NCBI GenBank assembly: GCA_034660095.1
Contig: JAYEIM010000221.1
Span: forward strand, 853-64,852
Length of the DNA stretch: 64,000 bases
Source of the DNA: Campylobacterota bacterium
GTDB taxonomy: Bacteria > Campylobacterota > Campylobacteria > Campylobacterales > Arcobacteraceae
Direction of reading: 5' to 3'
Under the pieces are notes generated by a model. The model saw only the letters and a program-made list of their open reading frames with translations. It ran no database searches and was not told where the DNA came from. Positions 19,207 through 29,732 of the stretch are shown piece by piece. Each line of letters begins with the position of its first letter. Positions within the stretch are counted from its first letter, which is position 1. A program made the translations under genes and the position numbers.

Positions 19207-19767
19207 ATATATCAAGCTAGAAAAACCACCTCTGAGGCATTAAAAGAGATAGAATCATTGCAAAATATACATTTTAAAAAAGAGATAGTTGATGCTGCTA
19301 TAAAATCTTTGGATAACTTAGTACTTGATAAAAAAATATCTCAACTACCAAGTTCAAAAATAGAGAAAGAGAGATTTTCATATTTTTATAAAGATCAAAT
19401 AACACAAAGCTACAATAGCACTTATTTGGATTTTTTATTGGTTAAAAATAGTTTTAATATTAAGTACAAATATATATTTTTAATATCTATACACAACTTA
19501 AACAATATAAATGAAAAGTTTGGATGGGAAGAGGGAAATAAGTACCTTCAAAATATATCTCTAAAACTCCAAAACATATATGATGATGACTTGATTTTTA
19601 GAATATATAGTGATGATTTTCTCATACTATCTACTAAAAAAATAGTAGATGATAGTGAAAGTTTAAAAAAATTTATTTGTAGAGATGGATTGGATTTTGA
19701 AACAAAAAAATATAATATTGAAGAGGATAGTATATTTTCTTTTCATGATTTAGAATTACTAAAATAA
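19207..19767 (+). pseudogene. 3' fragment of the same gene: end of an HD-GYP domain plus a degenerate GGDEF-like domain
   Basis: IYQARKTTSEALKEI...HFKKEIVDAA (HD-GYP tail); INEKFGWEEGN...FRIYSDDF (GGDEF-like); the ORF-track ATG lies inside the MITE. Confidence 0.7.
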
Positions 19768-19777
19768 ACAAGGTACA

Positions 19778-20836
19778 ATGATGGATTTAGAAAACTTAAA
19801 AGAATTAAAACTAAAAGCAAAAGGTTTAACTATACTTTTTGTAGAGGATGCGAAACCTTTACAGCATCAAGTTAAAAAGTTTTTAGATAAATTTTTTTTA
19901 AATGTATATCAAGCTTATGATGGTGAAGATGGACTACGCCAATATAAACTATATGAACCAGATATAGTTATATCAGATTTAACTATGCCTAAAAAAGATG
20001 GAATCTCTATGATTAGAGAGATTAAACATTTTCATGAAAAAGCCAAAATTATTATTCTTTCTGCACATAATGATGAAGAGGTATTGATGAATATTATTAA
20101 GTTAAATGTAATTGAATTTTTAATGAAACCTTTAGATATAGATAAACTAATCGATATATTATTAATCAACCTTGGAAGTGAAAAACTAAATGAATATGAA
20201 CAATGCCTACATGATCTAAATATTATTTTTCAACAAAAAAGCCATCTTAATTTTGTAAATTACTTTAAAGATTATACTTTAGAACAAGAGGGATATATCG
20301 TATCTGTAGATGATGGTGTATTTAAAGTGAAGATACCTCATACACAAATTTTGGCAATTGATTATGAACAAAATACAGTTATGGAACTCAAAGCAATAGA
20401 TAAATTTATGAAATTAAAACTACTAGATATTGACAAAGAGAATGATTTAATATATTTAACACAACCAATTTATATAGACTATGTACTTAAAGATATAACC
20501 AATAAACACTATTTTTATGATAAAAATTTTGAAGTTGGAATACATAGCGAACATGAATTTATGAATCTTGATGTATTGGATATCTCATTTGATACTATAA
20601 TTATGTTCAGCGAGGAGATAGATATTCCACTTGATATCACAAGCCATATTAATATAACTATCTCTCTTGATGGTAGTGAGATATATTCAAGAGGTAAAGT
20701 TATAAGTATAGAATCTTATAGTGGAGGTTTAAAAATAATATCTACTTTAGATATTGAACAAAAAGATAGATTAAACTTCAAGAATTATTTACATAAAATA
20801 GAAGATGAAATTATAAAAGATTTAACCAAACTATAA
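19778..20836 (+). CDS. Response regulator, REC plus C-terminal PilZ-like beta domains
   Basis: ILFVED, ISDLTMPKKDG, FLMKP; C-terminal LDISF motif. Confidence 0.82.
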   Translation: MMDLENLKELKLKAKGLTILFVEDAKPLQHQVKKFLDKFFLNVYQAYDGEDGLRQYKLYEPDIVISDLTMPKKDGISMIREIKHFHEKAKIIILSAHNDEEVLMNIIKLNVIEFLMKPLDIDKLIDILLINLGSEKLNEYEQCLHDLNIIFQQKSHLNFVNYFKDYTLEQEGYIVSVDDGVFKVKIPHTQILAIDYEQNTVMELKAIDKFMKLKLLDIDKENDLIYLTQPIYIDYVLKDITNKHYFYDKNFEVGIHSEHEFMNLDVLDISFDTIIMFSEEIDIPLDITSHINITISLDGSEIYSRGKVISIESYSGGLKIISTLDIEQKDRLNFKNYLHKIEDEIIKDLTKL

Positions 20837-22627
20837 ATAAGTTTTATCATACCACTTACAAAAGTGCCATAAAGCATAAAAATGTTGTTTTAGTTTATTG
20901 TTTTTAGCTTCATTGTATAGGTAAATCACATATTTTTCATTAAATAAGTTTGTTTTATTATTAACTTGTAAAATATCTGATAATAATTTATCCCCATACT
21001 CTTCAAATAACCACTCATTAAATGGAGAATTAAAACCTTTTTTTTGTCTATCTATAATCTCAGCAGGAATATATTTTGAAGCTATTTTTTTAAGTAGATA
21101 TTTATTGCTATCTCCTACTTTTAGTTTACTTTCACAACTAAAAGCAGTATCAACTAATCTAAAATCTAAAAATGGATTTCTAACCTCCACAGAATTAGCC
21201 ATACTCATCTTATCTACTTTACTCAATAGTGCTTCACCTAACCATATTTTAGTATCAATATAACTCATCCAATCAACTGGGTCTTTTTTTGGTGTTTCTG
21301 ATTTAAAATTAGCAACTTTTCGTAAAAGCTTTTTTCTTTGTGATGATGTATATATCTCACCAAAACTATTGTATATATTCTCTTTTTTGACTACTCTTCT
21401 TAAATATTCAGCCTCTTTATTGCCTCCAAGAGAAGATATGATTTCATTTAAAAACTGATTTTGGTCACCACTTAAACTATCACTAAATTTATAATATTTT
21501 AAAAATTTAGTATAATTATCATAACCTAAAAAAAGCTCATCACTCCCCTCTCCACTTAAAACTGTTTTTATCCCTTGATTATTTATCTCTTTTGTTAAAT
21601 GAAAAAGTGGAATAGCAGCTGGATCTGCATGTGGCTCTTCAAGATTTTCAAATACCTCATCTAAACTATTTATAAAATCTTTCTGTTCTATCTCTAAACT
21701 CAAGTGGTTACTATTTATTTTATTGGCTACTATTTTAGCAAAGGGAAGTTCACTATATTTTGTATGAGTTTTATACCCTACACTAAAAGTATTTATTTTG
21801 TGACTTGAGATTTGTGAATAAATTGTAGATATAAGAGAGCTATCTACCCCTCCACTTAAAAGAGTTCCAACCTCAACATCACTTTTTAATCTTTGCTCTA
21901 CACTGTTATATAAAATATCTTCTATTTTTTTTAATGCTGTTGGTTCATCAGCAATAGTTTTGTATGTTTTTATCTTATAGTATTTTTTTATCTCCAACTT
22001 TCCATTTTCATATATAGCAAAACTTGCACTTGGAAGTTTAAAGATATCTGTATAAAAAGTATTTGGTGTAAGTGGTACAAAATATTGAAGATATTGAGAT
22101 AGTGCTACTTTATTTAGTTTTGGTGTGTATCCTAGAAGTTTTATAATAGGTTTTATCATACTTGAAAATATAAACTTGCCATCTTTTGCATCACTTTTAT
22201 GATAGTAGTAAAATGGTTTTTTACCATATCTATCTCTAGCACAGAAATATCGCTCTTTGCTTATATCATAGATACAAAAACTAAATGCTCCATTTAGAAG
22301 ATTTAAAAACTCTACATCATACTTTTGATAAAGTCGTATTAAAACTTCTGTGTCACTTGAAGTTTTACACACTAAATTTTCAGATATTTTCAACTCATCA
22401 TAATTATATATTTCACCATTAAAAACTATCAAAATATCATCAAATACCATAGGTTGATTTGCTTCATCTTTTAGGTCAATGATACTTAATCTTGTATGTC
22501 CAAAAAAACTGTTTTCTATCTGTTTTATATCACAAAAATCTGGACCACGATGATGCATCATATTTGTTACTAATTTAAAATCTTCTTTCGTACAAAAGTT
22601 ATGATTTGTTCCAACAATTCCACACAT
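20831..22627 (-). CDS. asnB: Asparagine synthase (glutamine-hydrolysing) family amidotransferase
   Basis: MCGI N-terminal Cys, HRGPD, FNGEIYN, LSGGVDSS, LSGEGSDE, EVRNPFLD. Confidence 0.93.
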   Translation of the reverse strand: MCGIVGTNHNFCTKEDFKLVTNMMHHRGPDFCDIKQIENSFFGHTRLSIIDLKDEANQPMVFDDILIVFNGEIYNYDELKISENLVCKTSSDTEVLIRLYQKYDVEFLNLLNGAFSFCIYDISKERYFCARDRYGKKPFYYYHKSDAKDGKFIFSSMIKPIIKLLGYTPKLNKVALSQYLQYFVPLTPNTFYTDIFKLPSASFAIYENGKLEIKKYYKIKTYKTIADEPTALKKIEDILYNSVEQRLKSDVEVGTLLSGGVDSSLISTIYSQISSHKINTFSVGYKTHTKYSELPFAKIVANKINSNHLSLEIEQKDFINSLDEVFENLEEPHADPAAIPLFHLTKEINNQGIKTVLSGEGSDELFLGYDNYTKFLKYYKFSDSLSGDQNQFLNEIISSLGGNKEAEYLRRVVKKENIYNSFGEIYTSSQRKKLLRKVANFKSETPKKDPVDWMSYIDTKIWLGEALLSKVDKMSMANSVEVRNPFLDFRLVDTAFSCESKLKVGDSNKYLLKKIASKYIPAEIIDRQKKGFNSPFNEWLFEEYGDKLLSDILQVNNKTNLFNEKYVIYLYNEAKNNKLKQHFYALWHFCKWYDKTYL

Positions 22628-22628
22628 T

Positions 22629-23330
22629 TTATTCTGCTAGTAACTCTTCAACCATAACTTCAATCTCATCAATAGCAACTGTAGCTTTATCGTATATAAC
22701 TTTATCAAAAAGGTTATCATCTATTGCATTACTGTATTCTAAGTTATTTAAAATAGAATATTTTGCATCATCTATTAAGTATTGTACATTTATAACATTT
22801 CCACTCGTACCAATAATGATAACCATATCAACATCTTGTAGCTCTTCATACATATTTTGATACTTTGGTGCTTGTTCTCCAAAAAATACAATATTTGGTC
22901 GTAAATATCCACCACATAAAGGGCATTCATCTTCTTGATTTTCATATCCAATATTTTTAATATAACCACAATATTCATCTTCACATCTAACTTGAGGTAA
23001 GAATCCATGTAGATGTAATATATCAGTAACTCCTGCTTTTTCAAATAAATCATCTACATTTTGTGTTATTATTTTTATATTGTTTGGGTATTTTTTTTGA
23101 AGCTTAGCGATAGTTATATGTGCTTTATTTGGAACTTTATCTTTTATATCATCTCGTCTTTTGTTATAAAACTCAACTGTTTCATCTCTGTTTGTATCTA
23201 GACACCCTGCTGTACAAATATCTTCTATTTTATATTCTTCCCACAATCCACCAGTATCCCTAAAAGTTGATATACCAGACTCTGCACTTATCCCTGCACC
23301 TGTAAAAAACACTATTTTTTTATTACTCAT
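22629..23330 (-). CDS. cobB: NAD-dependent protein deacylase (Sir2 family)
   Basis: GAGISAESGISTFR, TQNVDDL, HLHG, Zn-binding cysteines, RPNIVFFGE, IGTSG. Confidence 0.92.
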   Translation of the reverse strand: MSNKKIVFFTGAGISAESGISTFRDTGGLWEEYKIEDICTAGCLDTNRDETVEFYNKRRDDIKDKVPNKAHITIAKLQKKYPNNIKIITQNVDDLFEKAGVTDILHLHGFLPQVRCEDEYCGYIKNIGYENQEDECPLCGGYLRPNIVFFGEQAPKYQNMYEELQDVDMVIIIGTSGNVINVQYLIDDAKYSILNNLEYSNAIDDNLFDKVIYDKATVAIDEIEVMVEELLAE

Positions 23331-24343
23331 ATCAATATCTCCTTCGCAATATTCTTAACAGCATCTTTTTTTATTATTTCTATAAGTTGCTTACTCTTGG
23401 TTTCTATATCTTTATCTAAACACTCAAAAAAATAGTTTTCATCAAGTTCATTTTCATTTTGTAAAAAACACAATTCATTATCTACTAAATACTTTGCATT
23501 AAAAAACTGATGATTTGCTGCTGCATATGGATATGGTATAAAAAAAGTTGGTATTCCAAGTGCCACTAGCTCCCAAAGTGTACTTGCACCTGCACGACTA
23601 ACTGCAAAATCAGCTTTATCCATTTTTTCTAGTAGCGTAGTTGAAAAATCAAAAACATCTACATCTATATTTAGTTTTTCATACTCTTTTTTTATACTAC
23701 CAAAATCATTTTTACCAGTTTGATGAATAATACTTATACCATTTTGTTTTAATTTTGGAGCAACTTTTAGTGCAAAGTTATTAATAGCACTTGCCCCTTG
23801 AGAACCACCTAAAAATATAATAGTTTTTATCTCAGTTCTTACTCTTTGATGTTGAAAAAACTTACTATTTATAGGGTAGTCTTTCACTTTAGAATCATCC
23901 AAATATGAACTAAATATCTCTTTTGCAAATCTTGCTGTTAGTTTGTTTAATCTTCCCATAACTGAATTTTGCTCATGGATATAAAAATCAGTTTTTGTTA
24001 ATATTGATGCAAAACTTGCTGATGCTGCACTAAACCCTCCAACACTTATAACTTTTGATATTTTATATTTTCTAATAATTGATATAGATTTTACTACCGC
24101 TTTAAGAATCATAAATAAAGATACAAATTTACCAAAAAAAGATTGATTAACAACCCCTTTTGTATCAAGAAAAAAAGTTTTGAAAAGTTTTGGTTCATTT
24201 TGAAACCACTGCTTATCTTGCCCTTTTGTAGAACCTATAAATATAACTTGAAATCCACGAGAATGAAACTCATCTATAAATGAACGAGCAACACTTAAGT
24301 GACCACCTGTACCACCACCTGTTATAACTATAGTTTTTGACAT
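23327..24343 (-). CDS. murG: Lipid II GlcNAc transferase
   Basis: TGGGTGGH, HEQN, GGSQGA, SRAGAST, HQFFNA; start ATG 24343 with AGGA RBS. Confidence 0.95.
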   Translation of the reverse strand: MSKTIVITGGGTGGHLSVARSFIDEFHSRGFQVIFIGSTKGQDKQWFQNEPKLFKTFFLDTKGVVNQSFFGKFVSLFMILKAVVKSISIIRKYKISKVISVGGFSAASASFASILTKTDFYIHEQNSVMGRLNKLTARFAKEIFSSYLDDSKVKDYPINSKFFQHQRVRTEIKTIIFLGGSQGASAINNFALKVAPKLKQNGISIIHQTGKNDFGSIKKEYEKLNIDVDVFDFSTTLLEKMDKADFAVSRAGASTLWELVALGIPTFFIPYPYAAANHQFFNAKYLVDNELCFLQNENELDENYFFECLDKDIETKSKQLIEIIKKDAVKNIAKEILI

Positions 24344-24410
24344 AAACTTTCCTATTGTATTTATCTTCAAAGTATATCAGATATCTTAAAAAAATATACT
24401 AAAATCATTC

Positions 24411-24439
24411 TTGACATTTGAAAATATATTTGTTATAAT
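24411..24439 (+). promoter_or_regulatory. Consensus sigma70 promoter of the candidate type I toxin transcript
   Basis: TTGACA-17 nt-TATAAT with TG extension (TGTTATAAT). Confidence 0.85.
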
Positions 24440-24500
24440 TTATTTGTAGTTCAAGTGAAACTCCGTTTAAGAAGTGATTATCTCAAACATTAGGAAGCAC

Positions 24501-24672
24501 TATAAAAAAGGTGAGGTTTTTATAACCTTGCCTTTTTTTATATAAATCAAATTGCTTAGGCAATGTGTGATGGGTGGTATCTGAAAGTAGGCTTTGGGGA
24601 GTGCTACTACAAGGAGTATCACTTGAACACAAAGTTAGCAATTTTATTGTTACTGGTATGTTTTGTACTTGC
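24501..24672 (-). ncRNA. Candidate antisense antitoxin RNA (~170 nt, Sib/Iso-like) covering the RBS and most of the peptide ORF
   Basis: - strand TATAAT at 24684-24679; hairpin 24504-24539 followed by 6 U on the - strand. Confidence 0.45.
24504..24539. terminator. Bidirectional terminator-like hairpin inside the toxin leader
   Basis: AAAAAAGGTGAGGTT-ttTAT-AACCTTGCCTTTTTTT. Confidence 0.7.
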
Positions 24673-24688
24673 TACAAAATTATACTAG
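24623..24688 (+). CDS. 21-aa hydrophobic peptide MNTKLAILLLLVCFVLATKLY, candidate type I toxin (Ibs-like)
   Basis: AAGGAG RBS 6 nt before TTG; single hydrophobic helix ending in Tyr; own promoter and terminator. Confidence 0.7.
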   Translation: MNTKLAILLLLVCFVLATKLY

Positions 24689-24694
24689 GGATTT

Positions 24695-24722
24695 AAAGAG
24701 GAATTAATCACTCCTCTTTTTT
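24695..24722 (+). terminator. Intrinsic terminator after the peptide ORF
   Basis: AAAGAGGA-attaatcac-TCCTCTTTTTT. Confidence 0.75.
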
Positions 24723-24809
24723 CTTATTTTAAATAATCCTAATACAAAATCAAATCATAAATAGAAATAGAGTATAATCGCAATAATTTAAAGAGTAAGG
24801 TTAAATATA

Positions 24810-26678
24810 ATGAAATATGATGTTATAGTTGTTGGTGGTGGTCATGCTGGGATAGAAGCTTGTTTGGCATCAGCACGAATGGGAAAACAAACTTTACTTA
24901 TAACTATGCTTGTTGAACAAATTGGAGCTGCTAGTTGTAACCCTGCTATTGGTGGACTTGCAAAAGGTCATTTAGTACGAGAGATAGATGCACTTGGTGG
25001 TCAAATGGGACTATGTACAGACGCAACAGGAATACAATTTAGAATTTTAAATGCTAGTAAAGGTGCAGCTGTTCAAGGAAGTCGTGCTCAAATTGATATG
25101 GATCAGTATAGAATATATATGAGAAATATATGTATGAATACGCCAAATTTAGATGTATATCAAGATGAAGTATCAGATTTAATTATTGAAAATAATATTT
25201 GTTGTGGAGTAAATACAAAACTTGGTGAAAGTTTTGAAGCAAAAAAAGTGATACTAACAACTGGAACTTTTATGAAAGGTCTAATCCACATAGGAGACAA
25301 CCAATATCCTGCTGGAAGAGCTTGGGAAGCCCCATCTACTACATTATCAACTCAACTAAAAGAGTTAGATTTAAATGTTGGACGATTAAAAACAGGAACA
25401 CCAGCTCGTATAAATGTAAATTCTATAGATTTTTCTGTTATGGAGGCACATGGTGGGGATGAAAAACCATATCCTTTTAGTTTTAGAACAGATAAAAAAG
25501 AGTTTAATCCAACTCAACTTCCATGTTATATAACTTACACAAATATCGATACCCACGATATTATAAAAACAAATTTTGATAGAGCTCCTCTTTTTACAGG
25601 GCAAATAGAGGGGACGGGACCCAGATATTGTCCAAGTATTGAAGATAAAGTAAGTAGATTTGCCGAGCGTGATAGACATCAACTATTTTTAGAACCACAA
25701 ACTAAAAATGCAGATGAATATTATATCAATGGACTATCTTCTTCACTACCAATTGATGTACAAAAAGAGAAAATAAGATCTATAAAAGGTCTTGAAAATG
25801 CAAAAATTGTGCGATATGCCTATGCCATAGAGTATGATTATGTTGATCCTACTGAACTTTTACACACACTTGAAACAAAAAAAGTAAAAAACCTATATCT
25901 TGCAGGGCAAATAAATGCAACTACAGGATATGAAGAAGCTGCAGCACAAGGTCTGATGGCTGGAATTAATGCTGTATTATCAATAGATAACAAAGAGCCA
26001 TTTATATTAAGAAGAGATGAGAGTTATATCGCTGTTTTAATAGATGACTTAGTTACTAAAGGGACAAATGAACCATACAGAATGTTTACAAGTCGAGCTG
26101 AGTATAGACTTCTTTTAAGGGAAGAGAGTGCAGATATGCGTCTTATGCAATATGGTTACCAATTTGGTTTAATAGATGATAAAACTCATGACATTATGAA
26201 GCATAAAAAACAAACTATAAAAGATGCAATTGAATTTATGGAAAATATTTGGTTCACTTCAAGAAAAGAAAACCTTGCACTTCTTAAAGAGCTAGGGGAA
26301 GATAAAATATCTGATAAAATACTACTTGTAGATTTAGTTGGAAGAAATACAATAACAAAAGATAAGTTTGATAGATTTGTACCTAGCCTTGCCCATCTTG
26401 AAGATTATCTAAAAGAGCAAGTTATCATTGAAGCAAAATATTATAGATATGTTGATAAACAAAAAAAACAGATAGACAAAATGAAAAAAATGTTAAATCT
26501 AAAAATTCCAGCTGATTTTATCTATGATGATCTACCAGGACTTTCAACAGAAGTTATCGAAAAACTTAAAAAATTTTCACCACCAACACTATTTAATGCT
26601 TCTGAAATAAGTGGTGTTACGCCATCTGCTGTGGATATTATCCATCTTCATATAGATATGAAAATTAAAAAGAAGTAG
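24810..26678 (+). CDS. mnmG: tRNA uridine-5-carboxymethylaminomethyl(34) synthesis enzyme (GidA)
   Basis: [53 protein letters not shown]. Confidence 0.97.
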   Translation: MKYDVIVVGGGHAGIEACLASARMGKQTLLITMLVEQIGAASCNPAIGGLAKGHLVREIDALGGQMGLCTDATGIQFRILNASKGAAVQGSRAQIDMDQYRIYMRNICMNTPNLDVYQDEVSDLIIENNICCGVNTKLGESFEAKKVILTTGTFMKGLIHIGDNQYPAGRAWEAPSTTLSTQLKELDLNVGRLKTGTPARINVNSIDFSVMEAHGGDEKPYPFSFRTDKKEFNPTQLPCYITYTNIDTHDIIKTNFDRAPLFTGQIEGTGPRYCPSIEDKVSRFAERDRHQLFLEPQTKNADEYYINGLSSSLPIDVQKEKIRSIKGLENAKIVRYAYAIEYDYVDPTELLHTLETKKVKNLYLAGQINATTGYEEAAAQGLMAGINAVLSIDNKEPFILRRDESYIAVLIDDLVTKGTNEPYRMFTSRAEYRLLLREESADMRLMQYGYQFGLIDDKTHDIMKHKKQTIKDAIEFMENIWFTSRKENLALLKELGEDKISDKILLVDLVGRNTITKDKFDRFVPSLAHLEDYLKEQVIIEAKYYRYVDKQKKQIDKMKKMLNLKIPADFIYDDLPGLSTEVIEKLKKFSPPTLFNASEISGVTPSAVDIIHLHIDMKIKKK

Positions 26679-26693
26679 ATTTAAACCTACTTC

Positions 26694-28013
26694 TTACTTA
26701 ATAATTGTAGCTATTAATTTGTCTCCACTAAGTTCCGTTACTTTTACTGTATAAATTTTACCAAATTTAATCTGTTCATTGATTTCATTGTCATTTATAT
26801 AAATTTCACCATCAATATCTGGAGCCCAAGATAGTTTTCTTGCACTTAAAAGATATTCATGCTCACTACTTTCTCCGTCAACTACAACTTTAAACTCTTG
26901 ACCAATCTCTGCTTCAAGTTTCTCTTGAGTAGTTTGTGAAATAATATCACCTAATATGGAAGCTCTTTCATCTATCGTTTCTTGAGGTACTTTCTGATCT
27001 AATTCATAAGCTTTCGTACCATCTTCATCACTATAACTAAATACATTTACTCTATCAAATTTATAATCTTCTACATATCTACAAAGCTCTTCAAAATCTT
27101 CTTGCGTTTCCCCTGGATGTCCAACTATAAAAGTTGATCTTACAAAATTAGAAGGCATTTTTTTCATATGATCCATAAGTTCTCTTAACTGCTCTTCCCC
27201 CTTTCCTCTTTTCATAATTTTTAATACATTTGATGAGATATGTTGAAGTGGCATATCATAATAGGTATGAAATAGTTTAGATGAAGATATTTTTTCTATA
27301 AGATTTAAAGTTGTAGTTGATGGATAAAGATATAGTATTCTAGCACTTTTTACACCATCTATTTTTTCAACTCTATTTATAAGTTGTTCTAGACCGTCAT
27401 TCATATTAAAATCTCTTAAATATGAACTACTATCTTGAGATACAAAAGAGAAATCAAAATAACCTTTTTTTACTAAACTTTTAACTTCTACCTCAATAGA
27501 ACCCAATGGTCGGCTATTTAACTTGCCTTTAAAAGATGGTATTGCACAAAATGAACATAGCTGGTTACACCCTTCACTTAGTTTTATATATGCATGATAA
27601 GATGAGCCAGTAACCACTCTCTCGTTTTCCTCATCTGCTAAAAATACTTTTTGTGAAAACAGACTTCTTTTTTCATCTACAAGTTTATCGATAACATCAT
27701 AGTCACCTACCCCTGTAAAGATATCAACTTCATTTTGAAGTCCCTCTTTTAGCTCATCTTTATATCGTTCACTTAGACATCCTGCCATCACAAGAACTGA
27801 TTCCTCTTTTCTTGTGCTATCAAGGTCAAAAATTGTATTTAAACTCTCCTGTTTTGCACTTTGGATAAATCCACAAGTGTTTACAATGATTAAATCAGCA
27901 ACGGTACTATCATCAGTTATCTCATAATCTTTTAATTTTCCAAGCATAACTTCACTATCGATTAAGTTTTTTGTACAACCAAGACTTACTAGATGTAATT
28001 TTTTCATAGACAT
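26694..28013 (-). CDS. rimO: Ribosomal protein S12 methylthiotransferase
   Basis: SLGCTKNLIDSE, NTCGFI, CNQLCSFC radical-SAM motif, APDIDG. Confidence 0.94.
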   Translation of the reverse strand: MSMKKLHLVSLGCTKNLIDSEVMLGKLKDYEITDDSTVADLIIVNTCGFIQSAKQESLNTIFDLDSTRKEESVLVMAGCLSERYKDELKEGLQNEVDIFTGVGDYDVIDKLVDEKRSLFSQKVFLADEENERVVTGSSYHAYIKLSEGCNQLCSFCAIPSFKGKLNSRPLGSIEVEVKSLVKKGYFDFSFVSQDSSSYLRDFNMNDGLEQLINRVEKIDGVKSARILYLYPSTTTLNLIEKISSSKLFHTYYDMPLQHISSNVLKIMKRGKGEEQLRELMDHMKKMPSNFVRSTFIVGHPGETQEDFEELCRYVEDYKFDRVNVFSYSDEDGTKAYELDQKVPQETIDERASILGDIISQTTQEKLEAEIGQEFKVVVDGESSEHEYLLSARKLSWAPDIDGEIYINDNEINEQIKFGKIYTVKVTELSGDKLIATIIK

Positions 28014-28143
28014 ATTTTTGAACCTTTATATTCATATTTATTATAGTTAAATAAGCATATATTATATGTAAATTTTACTTCAACAAATATTTATAGCAAA
28101 AAAGATATAATCGCAATATTATAAACATGAAGGAAATATAAAA

Positions 28144-28386
28144 ATGGATATTTTAGTAGCAAGAGAAGAGCTTAAATCAAAGCCAAAAAAAGTTAAATTA
28201 GAAAAATTAATAGAGAGTTTAACTAAAGAGGAAGAGGATATATTTTACTTCGATAGAGAAAATTCACATAAAGATATGATGAGTATCGTAGATAAATTTG
28301 AAGAGGCTGGATATACAGTACACTTTAGAGAAGTAAAATACGGTTTATCTGATGAAGAGTATCTTTACGAAATACACGCATTATAA
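28144..28386 (+). CDS. HP0268-family small protein
   Basis: IFYFDRENSHKD...REVKYGL...YEIH pattern; lies directly upstream of miaB as in Helicobacter. Confidence 0.8.
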   Translation: MDILVAREELKSKPKKVKLEKLIESLTKEEEDIFYFDRENSHKDMMSIVDKFEEAGYTVHFREVKYGLSDEEYLYEIHAL

Positions 28387-28413
28387 AATAGAAAAAAAGT
28401 AAAAGAGTTAAAA

Positions 28414-29712
28414 TTGTCGAAAAAACTTTTTATTGAAACACTTGGTTGTGCTATGAATGTTCGAGATACAGAGCATATCATTGCAGAGCTAGGTAAATAT
28501 GAAAACTATGAAACTACAGAAGATTTAAATGATGCTGACTTAATCATCATCAACACTTGTTCAGTTAGAGAAAAGCCTGTAGCAAAACTATTTTCAGAAC
28601 TAGGAAACTTCAATAAAAAGAAAAAAAACACTGCAAAAATAGGTGTTACAGGTTGTACAGCAAGTCATCTAGGGGCTGATATCATTAAAAGAGCTCCATA
28701 TGTTGATTTTGTTGTAGGTGCTAGAAATGTATCTAAAATATCATATGCTGTACAAAACAAAGGTACAGTTGCAATAGATATAAACAACGATGAAACAACA
28801 TATGAATTTGCAGATTATCGTAACTCTATGTATAGATGTAGCATAAATATATCTTTGGGTTGTGATAAAAAATGTACTTTTTGTATAGTTCCTGCAACAA
28901 GAGGGGAAGAGATAAGTATCCCATCTGAAATTATCATATCTGAGATAAAAAAAGCTGTTTGCTCTGGTGCAGTTGAAGTTTTTCTTTTGGGGCAAAATGT
29001 AAACAACTACGGTACTAATTTTTCTGATAAAAGAGATAAAACTAGCTTTACTAAACTACTACAAGATATTAGTAAAATAGATGAGATTAAAAGGATTAGA
29101 TTTACATCGCCACATCCATTGCATATGGATGATGATTTTATAGAAGAGTTTGCCTCAAACCCTAAAATATGTAAACAAATTCATGTACCTTTACAAGCAG
29201 GTAGTACAAAAGTTCTTAAAGATATGAAAAGAGGATACACAAAAGAGTGGTTCTTAAATAGATGCGATAAGATTAAAACTTTAGTTCCAAATGTTAGAAT
29301 TAGTACTGATATAATTGTTGGTTTTCCAGGGGAAACCAATGAGGAGTTCAATGATACAATTGATGTGATTGAAAAAGTTAAATTTGAAGCAATATTTAAC
29401 TTTAAATATTCACCAAGACCGTTAACAGTTGCCGAAAATCTACCAAATCAGATTGAAGATGAAGTTTCATCTAAAAGACTACAAGAGGTAATAGCCCTAC
29501 ATAAATCACATCAAGATGAGCATATGGCTAAATATGTTGGAACTACAATAGAAGTACTTTTTGAAGATCTTAAACCAAATGGAGAAATATTTGGATTTAG
29601 TGATAACTACTTACAAGTTTTTGTAGAAGGTAGTGAAGAGTTACTTGGTCAAATTGTAGAGGTTGAGATAATAAAAGCAAATAGAACATCATTAAAAGGT
29701 AAAATTATCTAA
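28414..29712 (+). CDS. miaB: tRNA-2-methylthio-N6-dimethylallyladenosine synthase
   Basis: [49 protein letters not shown] domain. Confidence 0.95.
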   Translation: MSKKLFIETLGCAMNVRDTEHIIAELGKYENYETTEDLNDADLIIINTCSVREKPVAKLFSELGNFNKKKKNTAKIGVTGCTASHLGADIIKRAPYVDFVVGARNVSKISYAVQNKGTVAIDINNDETTYEFADYRNSMYRCSINISLGCDKKCTFCIVPATRGEEISIPSEIIISEIKKAVCSGAVEVFLLGQNVNNYGTNFSDKRDKTSFTKLLQDISKIDEIKRIRFTSPHPLHMDDDFIEEFASNPKICKQIHVPLQAGSTKVLKDMKRGYTKEWFLNRCDKIKTLVPNVRISTDIIVGFPGETNEEFNDTIDVIEKVKFEAIFNFKYSPRPLTVAENLPNQIEDEVSSKRLQEVIALHKSHQDEHMAKYVGTTIEVLFEDLKPNGEIFGFSDNYLQVFVEGSEELLGQIVEVEIIKANRTSLKGKII

Positions 29713-29732
29713 TTAATTTAGGTATTTATAAG

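Noticed and set aside
22629-23330. Sir2 protein as an anti-phage NADase (Thoeris/DSR type)
   Set aside because: It has the Zn-binding cysteines and full CobB deacylase motifs, and sits in a housekeeping operon
24445-24631. 6S RNA interpretation of the ~186-nt rod with a central bubble
   Set aside because: Size and shape fit, but the apical stem is a terminator-like hairpin with A/U tracts and the 3' arm is an RBS and start of a hydrophobic ORF with its own terminator. A type I toxin leader explains more of the sequence. Not fully excluded without cmsearch.
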